Source: Amoebidium appalachense
Taxonomy: Eukaryota; Protista; Ichthyosporea
Length of the DNA stretch: 7,237 nucleotides
Reading direction: 5' to 3'
Assembly: GCA_963693365.1 (NCBI GenBank)
Contig: CAVNZM010000113.1
Location: 1 to 7,237 of the forward strand
Shown here piece after piece: positions 1 to 7,009 of this stretch. Each line of letters begins with the position of its first letter. The stretch's first letter is position 1. A program made the position numbers and the translations under genes. Below the pieces are notes generated by a model that was not told the DNA's origin, did not search any database, and saw only the letters and a program-made list of their open reading frames with translations.

Positions 1-1
1 A

Positions 2-277
2 TGGCAGAAACGTTTGCTAACCCACTTTTCTGGAGAGCCAACCATTAGTAACGTCCTCGACCTCTTCTTTTCACCACTCATTCTCCAGACACTGCTTGAG
101 ACTATCAATATTGGACTTCGTGCACGCAAGAAGAAGACTGCCACACTACACGATTTACACGGTTTCCTGAAAGTGATATGCTATTTGTCATTCTACGGTG
201 TACACATGTGTCCATCAGCAAACTTCCGGAAGTATTGCCAACGTATTTTTTGCTATTGGAGCTATTGGCCATATTAA
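2..277 (+). mobile_element. Probable piggyBac/IS4-like (DDE_Tnp_1_7-type) transposase fragment, truncated
   Basis: The frame is open from the window edge: WQKRLLTHFSGEPTISNVLDLFFSPLILQTLLETINIGLRARKKKTATLHDLHGFLKVICYLSFYG. The pattern LFF-x-hydrophobic helix-T/IN ... T-L-x-D/E-L-x-x-F-hydrophobic-G resembles the N-terminal part of piggyBac-family transposases. Similarity seems lost after ~200 and no DDD catalytic core is present. This is recognition by eye only. Confidence 0.45.
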
Positions 278-399
278 TTATAGAACCCCTTACCGCCAAT
301 AGGAACGCCATATTGCAATAATATTGCTTTGGTATTGATATTGGTAATACAGTACCAATCATTCCTCTATTGTCGATATCCCGCTGATATGAATATATT

Positions 400-2047
400 A
401 AGTCGTCGGAATTACACATGCGAATAAAGTATCGTAAGATACTGTGAACGGGTGAGTAAGGTATAGGAATCTACCCTGTGTTACATTAATGGATACAGGA
501 TGAGCCTATATTGTATTAGCTAGTTGGTAGGGTAATGGCCTACCAAGGCAATGATGCATAGCCAGATTGGAAGATCGTTTGGCCACATGGGAACTGAGAC
601 AAGGACCCAGGTTCGTAAAGAATGCAGCAGTGAGGAATGTTGGGCAATTAGCGAGAGCTAGACCCAGTCTTGACGAGTGGAGGAAGAAGGCTATAAGTCG
701 TAAACTCTAATAGCCTTGGTAAGAATGATACCAAGGTGGAAAAAGGCTGACAAAGATCTGTGCCAGCAGTCGCGGGAATACAGGCAGCTTAAATCTATCT
801 CAGTATGAATAGGCGTAAAGGGTGCGTAGACGGTTAAAGAATCACGAACAGCAGATGAAAGATTCTGGGGTTCGTCGAGTATTGACTAGAGTTAGAAAGA
901 GGATAATGGAATTTCCAGTGTAGGGATAAAATCTGTTAATATTGGAAGGAACACCAAAGGCGAAGGCAATTATCTGGTTCTATACTGACGTTGAGGCACG
1001 AAGGCTCAGGGAGAAAAGGGAATTAGATACTCCTGTATTCTGAGCTGTAAACGATGAACGTTCCAATTTGGAGGAATTCAGATTGTGAGAGAACTCATTA
1101 AACGTTCCGCCTGAAGAGTACAAGTGCAAACTCGAAACTCAAAAAAATTGCGGGTTGGTTTTTCAATCAGTGGATCATGTGGTTTAATTCGACGGTACGC
1201 GCGAAACCTTACCAAGTCTTGCATCTTGAAGTCCAACTTCTTGACAAGTGTTGCATGGCTGCTTTCAGTTCGTGCTTTGAGGTGTTTGGTTAATTCCCTT
1301 TAACGAACGCAACCCCGGATCTAACTATGAGTTACTCGACAGAGTAAGTGGCTAGAAATAGTCCTCACTCAATTAGATCACAACTCGTTTTCATTATGTT
1401 ACGAGAGGTAGCAAGGGATAACAGCAAGTTGCATGGCCTTTATGACTTGGGCTACACACGTGATACAATGGTTACTACAATCTGAAGCTTTCTCGTGAGA
1501 GATAAGCCAAGAAGTAAACGTAATCATAGTACGGATTTAAGTCTGAAACTCGACTTAATGAAGCAGGAATTGACAGTAATCGGAGAGTAGACGCGTTCCG
1601 GTGAAGAGCATCCAAACCAAACGACAAACCGCTCGAATGGGCCTTGTAAGATTTTTTCCTTACATTGCAGTTGGCTATATGCTAGAAACTATCGTTGCAT
1701 TCATGTATGCATAAGTGTTATCTACTCTGGTTGTATCTAAGAGTTACAATGATGTACACGAGGTACAATTAGCAGGAAACCCACAGTTATAATATAACTT
1801 ACTAGGATCCTCAGAGACTACACGCCAACCATCTTATATTAACGAGATGAAGATATAGTCCATAGTAAATTAGTAAAGGTCTAACTATTAGTTTACTAGC
1901 GTCAAGCTGAGAAAGGGTTAGTTCGATGAAGACAATCCATGTTAAAGTTTCATACCTGAGGCTTTGATATTGATTGGTTAGTCTGACGACCTAATTTTGG
2001 TTAAGTCGAAACAAGGTAACGGCATCGGAAGCTGCCGTTGGCTGAAA
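400..2047 (+). rRNA. rns: Mitochondrial-type small-subunit rRNA (exons ~400-1633 and 1900-~2047)
   Basis: Colinear SSU landmarks: TTACACATGC (412), GGGTGAGTAA (450), GCAGCAGTGAGGAAT (624), GTGCCAGCAGTCGCGGGAATAC (760), AATTAGATAC (1021), AAACTCAAAAAAATTG (1135), GTGGTTTAATTCGA (1179), AACGAACGCAACCC (1302), GGGCTACACACGTGATACAATGG (~1449), AAACCGCT/CGTCA across the intron, AAGTCGAAACAAGGTAAC (2003) and the terminal helix 45 AACGGCA..GGAA..TGCCGTT (2018-2039). No anti-Shine-Dalgarno CCTCC follows, and the variable regions are shortened or divergent, as in mitochondria. Both ends are approximate. Confidence 0.95.
1634..1899 (+). ncRNA. Group I intron (ORF-less, probably subgroup IB-like) in rns
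   Basis: Removing 1634-1899 restores ACAAACCGCT|CGTCA. The 5' exon ends in U and the intron ends in G. Pairings: P1 GCTC(1631-34)/GGGC(1639-42) with the U.G splice-site pair, P2 TGTAAG/CTTACA, P3 GTTGGC(1670)/GCCAAC(1824), P4 TGCTAG(1680)/TTAGCA(1769), P7 GACTA(1816)/TAGTC(1856), P9 TAGTAAAT.../...GTTTACTA. The R motif is TCAGAGACTACA and the S motif is AAGATATAGTCC. Confidence 0.93.
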
Positions 2048-2161
2048 TGTATGAATGTATTTAGAACCGCAACTAAATCCTCATACTTACCACTCTCTCT
2101 GTGGTTGTACTTTGTTATTTTGTACCTAGTCGTCACAATAACAAAGTTGTACTCTTATCAG

Positions 2162-2244
2162 AATATCGTTCGCCTACGCTGAAGGTCCCGAGCGAGTACG
2201 ATATTAAAATATCGTTCGCTGAAAGTCCCGAGCGAGTACGATAT
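2162..2244. repeat. Two tandem copies of a self-complementary hairpin element
   Basis: AATATCGTTCGC...GCGAGTACGATAT(T) at 2162-2205 and 2208-2244. Each copy folds back on itself (AATATCGT/ACGATATT plus TCGC/GCGA). Confidence 0.8.
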
Positions 2245-2266
2245 CAGAATAACAAAATCACCAATA

Positions 2267-2304
2267 ACACATCATTACGCATGATCAATAGGAGGAAGAG
2301 TCCT
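2267..2304 (+). repeat. 38-bp dispersed direct repeat, copy 1
   Basis: ACACATCATTACGCATGATCAATAGGAGGAAGAGTCCT is identical at 2743-2780, with a partial third copy at 2822-2840. Confidence 0.9.
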
Positions 2305-2320
2305 TGAGGCTAACCCTAAC

Positions 2321-2530
2321 AGACGTAAAGGGTGCGTAGACGCGTTTAATAATCTCTACCCGAATCTTGCTGATGTGAGTAGAGTATTGACTAGAGTTAG
2401 AAAGAGGATAATGGAAATCTTTATTAATAAAGATGGCACCAATGGCGAAAGCAATTATCTGGTTCTATACTGACGTTGAGGCACGATGCTGAGAAAATAG
2501 AGTCCACTCCTTTCTCATTTAAGCAAACAA
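2321..2530 (+). pseudogene. Partial, remodelled second copy of the rns central domain
   Basis: 2321-2342 matches 811-832 (1 mismatch), 2382-2416 is identical to 877-911, and 2437-2486 matches 952-1001 (2 mismatches). Order and orientation are the same, while the intervening segments differ. Confidence 0.8.
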
Positions 2531-2742
2531 CAATGTGGAATATTATTTAATAGCCCATTCGGCCGACATACCGTGTAGTGTTGCATCTTCATAATATTAA
2601 AAGTTTTGAACCTAAGCAACATTCAGTTATTAAGTAATAATAGTTGAGTATTAGTGTAGTAATTCTGTGGAGTAGTACCACCTTAGTCGAACCTGCACAA
2701 TATATCCTATACGTTTGGAATTTATGACAACTTATTAGGAAT

Positions 2743-2871
2743 ACACATCATTACGCATGATCAATAGGAGGAAGAGTCCTATCTTCGGTGCCAACGCATC
2801 GGGGGGAGCCAACTACTATACCAATAGAAGGAAGAGTCCTAGGGTTACACTACTAGACGTAAAGGGTGCGT
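2743..2871 (+). repeat. 38-bp repeat copy 2, partial copy 3 and a further rns-derived 17-mer
   Basis: 2743-2780 equals 2267-2304. CAATAGAAGGAAGAGTCCT lies at 2822-2840. AGACGTAAAGGGTGCGT at 2855-2871 equals 2321-2337. Confidence 0.85.
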
Positions 2872-2916
2872 CGAGAGTCTTCTCGAATGATCTGATTATC
2901 TGTGACGATGGTCTGA

Positions 2917-3032
2917 TCGGGTGAATTACCAGAGGCGAGTCAAGAGTCTTCTCGGGTGAATTACCAGAGGCGAGTCAAGAGTCTTCTCGGGTGAATTACC
3001 AGAGGCGAGTCAAGAGTCTTCTCGGGTGAATT
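2917..3032. repeat. 35-bp tandem repeat, array 1 (~3.3 copies)
   Basis: Unit GAGTCTTCTCGGGTGAATTACCAGAGGCGAGTCAA starts at 2944, 2979 and 3014, with a partial leading copy. There are no spacers. Confidence 0.92.
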
Positions 3033-3234
3033 GCGAGTTTCGAGTTACGAGTCCTAGACGAGTTTGGGCTCCTCAGAGTGGAGCACCGCGAAAGTTCCGT
3101 AGGCTTCCGTAGGTACCCAAGAGCATAAGTTTCTTAGCGATAAGGCTCTTTAGAGCCTCTCACAACGAGCTTGTCGTCATATGATGACAAGAGCATAAGA
3201 CTCTTCTCTTAGCGAGAAGGCTCTATGGAGACTC

Positions 3235-3362
3235 TACCAGAGGCGAGTCAAGAGTCTTCTCGGGTGAATTACCAGAGGTGAGTCAAGAGTCTTCTCGGGT
3301 AAATTACCAGAGGCGAGTCGAGAGTCTTCTCGGGTGAATTACCAGAGGCGAGTCGAGAGTCT
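3235..3362. repeat. 35-bp tandem repeat, array 2 (~3.6 copies)
   Basis: Same unit as 2917-3032 with single substitutions (GGTGAG, GGTAAA, GTCGAG). Confidence 0.92.
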
Positions 3363-3984
3363 GATCGAAGGGTCTGTGACTATGGTCTGAGAGAGTAGTC
3401 TTGAAGATACCGCCATAAAGATGTTAGGTAAGAATTCGGATGCCACATTTGGATGTATGTACATTTATTTCACAGTACAATTGAGCGATGATAACATTAT
3501 CGAGTTTATACCTATGTAGTTTAATAGGATTACCAGGTATAGCTAGAGTGCTTCATTTAAGAACATCAGCGTCAATTGGATCGGCTTCAGCTAACACTGG
3601 AGTGTCTGCTATAATAGGAGAAGCGAACATGGTATCCCAAGATACTGATGCTTTCGTAGCTACTATGTTTAAGCCAGTGGCTTAATTCTAGCATCGTAGT
3701 TCCATATTACATATGTTCTAATCCGAAAACCTTTACCCTGTCAATGGGTATCATCTTTCGTTCACAGATTTTGGATGAGTTTATTTAGAAGTAGGGTTTC
3801 GTTTGGTAAGCCATTCTATACCGTATTACTAAATCGTAGCTTGTCGCCACTCTAACCTTGTAAGTTTTCTCGAGTCGATGGGACGTCGTCTGTTGATTAG
3901 ATGGTGCGCTGGTTTCAGTTTAAATACTGCTACTCGTGTTAGTGTTGCTTTGGGTTTATCCTTTGGAATTCCATTAGGGGTTGT

Positions 3985-4405
3985 CTTGCGTTGGTTTAGT
4001 CTTCATGGTGTGAACGTCTTGGGTTGGTCATTATGCGTTGGTGTGAACTTCTTGGGTTGGTCATCTTGCGTTGATGTGAACTTCTTGGTTTAGTCGTTCT
4101 GCGTTGATGTGAACGTCTTGGTTTAGTCGTTCTGCGTTGGTGTGAACTTCTTGCGTTGATGTGAACGTCTTGGGTTGGTCATTATGCGTTGGTGTGAACT
4201 TCTTGGGTTGGTCATTATGCGTTGGTGTGAACGTCTTGGGTTGGTCATTATGCGTTGGTGTGAACGTCTTGGGTTGGTCATTATGCGTTGGTGTGAACTT
4301 CTTGCGTTGGTTTAGTCTTCGTGGTGTGAACGTCTTGGGTTGGTCGTCATGCGTTGGTGTGAACGTGTTGGGTTGGTCGTCATGCGTTGGTGTGAACGTG
4401 TTGGG
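3985..4405. repeat. 33-bp minisatellite (~13 units, several variant types)
   Basis: Consensus on +: GGTGTGAACGTCTTGGGTTGGTCATTATGCGTT. Variants carry AACTTCTT or GGTTTAGTC, and there is one truncated unit near 4150-4170. Confidence 0.95.
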
Positions 4406-4414
4406 ATAAGTCAT
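4061..4414 (-). CDS. Hypothetical repeat protein (KTFTPTHNDQP)n; coding status unproven
   Basis: The ATG at 4414 sits just before the array and the unit length is a multiple of 3. The frame shifts register at the truncated unit, and openness may simply follow from the repeat. Confidence 0.2.
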   Translation of the reverse strand: MTYPNTFTPTHDDQPNTFTPTHDDQPKTFTPRRLNQRKKFTPTHNDQPKTFTPTHNDQPKTFTPTHNDQPKKFTPTHNDQPKTFTSTQEVHTNAERLNQDVHINAERLNQEVHINAR

Positions 4415-4512
4415 TAATGATAGGTATTCTTAGATATATGGCATTGATACAAGTATAAGGGCAATAATTTTATTCAGATTTAAAGAGTAGAATACTTAGG
4501 ATAAAAATTATA

Positions 4513-6540
4513 GCTTGTCACAAATAGAATTTTGTAAATTTTGTTCTCCCTAAATGGCTTAAAAATGATCACTATCATGAAAAGGTGCGCCTCAAATACC
4601 TATTCCCCCCCGGAACATTTCTAGCCAGGAGAGTATCCTACCATTTAGTTAGAGCTTACTATTAAAATTCCTCACTAACTAAAGGTACCAAGGGGAATAA
4701 ATTTTCGATAAAAGACACGAAATTTTACTTGAAAATAAGGTGCATGTAACCACTTTGGTATCTTGTAAAAGGCTGAAAATGCTCACTGCCATGAAAAGGT
4801 GCGCCTCGAATACCTATTCCCCCCCAGAGGCTCCCAACCCAGAAGAGTATCCTACCATCTAACCCGAGCTAACTATTGAAATTCCTCACTAATGTGGGTT
4901 AAGAAAAGAATAAAATTTCTATGAAAGATACTAAATTTTTCTTTGAGATGAGGGGGGATGTAACCCCTTTTGTCCCTTGCAAATAGCTTAAATTTACTCA
5001 CTATGCTAAAAAGGTGCGCCTCAAATACCTATTCCCCCCCGGAACAATTCTAGCCAGGAGAGTCTCCTACCATTTAGTTAGAGCTAACTATGGAAATTCC
5101 TCACTAACTAAGGGTACCAAGGGGGATAAAATTTATAGGAAAGACACTAAAATTTTCTTGAAAATAAGGTGCTTGTCACAAATAGAATTTTATAAATTTT
5201 AGTTTTTTGGAAATGGCTGAAAATCCTCGCTATGTAAAAAGGGTTTACCTATAATACCTGACTCCCCCCCGGAACAAATCTAGCCAGGAGAGTATCCTAT
5301 CATTTAGGACGAGCTTAGTATTGAAATTCCTCACTAACTAAAGGTATAAAGGTAAATAAAATTTATAGGTAAGACACTAAATTTTCCTAGAAAATAAGGT
5401 GCATGTAACCACTTTTATCTCACCAAAATGGCTGAAAAATCCTCGCTATGAAAAAAGGGTTTACCTATAATACCTAACTCCCCCCCGGAAGCTAGCTAAC
5501 CCGGAGAGTATCCTATCATCTAGGACTAGCTAAGTATTAAAATTCCTCACTAATGTGGGTTAAGAAAAGAAATAAAATTTATAGGAAAGATACTAAATTT
5601 TTCTGGAAATAGAGGGGGATGTAACCACTTTTGTATTTAGTAAATGGCTGAAAAACAGTCACTGTCATTTAAAGGTTTACCTCGAATACCTAGCTCCCCC
5701 CCGGAACAAGTCTAGCCATGAAAGTATCCTACCATTTAGGACGAGCTTAGTGTTGAAATTCCTCACTAATAGAGATTAATAAATTGAATAAAATTTATAT
5801 AAAAGATACTCATTTTATCTGGAAAATAAGGTGCATGTAACAAATCGAATTTTGTCAATTTCATTATTTAGTAAATGGCTGAGAATGCTCTTTGTAATTT
5901 TAAGGTTTACCTCGAATACCTAGCTCCCCCCCGGAACAATTCTAGCCAGGAGAGTATACTACCATTAAGTTGGCGCTTAGTGTTGAAATGACTCACTAAT
6001 AGAATTAAAAATTCTAAGAAAATGGCTATGAAAGACACTCATTTTCTCTTAAAAATAAGGTGCATGTAATAACTTTTGTAATTCATAAATGGCTGAAATT
6101 GTTCTCTATAAAGAAAGGGTTTACCTATAATACCTAACCCCCCCCCGGAAGCTAGCTGACGAGGAGAGTATCCGACCATTTAGGACGAGCTTACTATGGA
6201 AATTCCTCACTAATGGGGGTTAAGAAAAGAAAATAAATTAAAATTAAATTTAAATGAAAGACACAAATAATACCTAGCTCCCCCCCGACGCATTTTGTAG
6301 TAAATACTAAATCTTGGTTTGGGGAAGTGGCTGAAAATACTCACTATCATTTTAAGGTTTACCTATAATACCTAACCCCCCCCCCGGAAGCTAGCTGACG
6401 AGGGGAGTCTCCGACCATTTAGGACGAGCTTACTATGGAAATTACTCACTAATGGAGGTTAAGAGAAGAAAATAAATTAAAATTAAATTTCAATGAAAGA
6501 CACAAATAATACCTATTCCCCCCCCGACGCATTTTGTTGT
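4513..6540. repeat. Satellite-like tandem array, ~214-230-bp monomers (~9 copies), ~660-bp higher-order period
   Basis: The landmark ATACCTA/G...C6-9 G occurs at ~4596, 4810, 5026, 5254, 5470, 5686, 5916, 6130 and 6368. Shared blocks include GAGAGTATCCTACCATTTAG, AAATTCCTCACTAA, AAAGACAC, AAAATAAGGTGCATGTAAC and AAATGGCTGAAAA. Confidence 0.95.
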
Positions 6541-6548
6541 CCGACGAA

Positions 6549-6790
6549 TTTTAATTTAGCTATAATACCTGGTCCCCCCCGAAATACCTAGCTCCCCCCG
6601 ACGGCTCATTTCAAAATAATACTTAGTCCCCCCCCCGAAATACCTATCCCCCCCCGAAGAACCTAGTATTTAGCTGAAAATCGATACGACCCATAATACC
6701 TAGTCCCCCCCCGAAATACCTATTACCCCCCGAACACCAATTTAGCTATAATACCTAGTCCCCCCCGAAATACCTAGCTCCCCCCGAACA
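6549..6790. repeat. Dense cluster of the satellite core motif AATACCTA(G/T)..CCCCCC(C)G
   Basis: About 8 copies of the ~20-bp core, arranged in pairs (e.g. 6563/6582, 6618/6639, 6695/6715, 6751/6769). Confidence 0.9.
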
Positions 6791-7009
6791 CCAATTTCTA
6801 AATTCTCCACTACCTATTACATGCCTAGAATAAGGTTGTAAGTGCTACATTGAGTGCTAGATTAACCTGTAACCGCTTCATTGAGCTCTTCGCTTGCGCT
6901 AGCTACGAGCTCTGGTGAAGCTCTGCCCTGCTATACTACTTACCAACTTAAAATTGTCCTCCTTCTATTCAAGAATCTCCACCCTCCCCCTCCCTAGTTA
7001 CAAGCTTAG

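Noticed and set aside
105-419. 104-aa minus-strand ORF
   Set aside because: It is antisense to the more protein-like plus frame, overlaps the rRNA start and has no recognisable motif.
1634-1899. Homing endonuclease in the intron
   Set aside because: The intron is only 266 nt, with no room for a LAGLIDADG or GIY-YIG ORF and no such motif.
400-2047. Bacterial or plastid 16S rRNA
   Set aside because: There are many deviations in universal motifs, shortened helices, no anti-SD tail and no ITS/tRNA/23S downstream.
1997-2307. ORFs 1997-2182 and 2101-2307
   Set aside because: They are short, overlap the rRNA 3' end and hairpin repeats, and have non-ATG starts and no recognisable domain.
2530-2740. 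Possible tRNA or gene remnant (minus strand contains GGTTCGACT)
   Set aside because: No T-stem or cloverleaf could be built and the translations I checked resemble nothing I recognise.
2917-3362. 35-bp repeats as a CRISPR array
   Set aside because: The units are head-to-tail with no unique spacers, there are no cas genes, and the context is organellar/eukaryotic.
3488-4409. Plus-strand ORFs 3488-3685, 3878-4093 and 4161-4409
   Set aside because: They are antisense shadows of the minus frame or products of a stop-free 33-bp repeat.
5014-5202. 62-aa ORF in the satellite
   Set aside because: It lies within one monomer and the ORF track shows no equivalent ORF in sibling monomers.
6549-6790. 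Canonical telomeric repeat
   Set aside because: The units are irregular ~20-mers derived from the satellite and other sequence continues beyond them.
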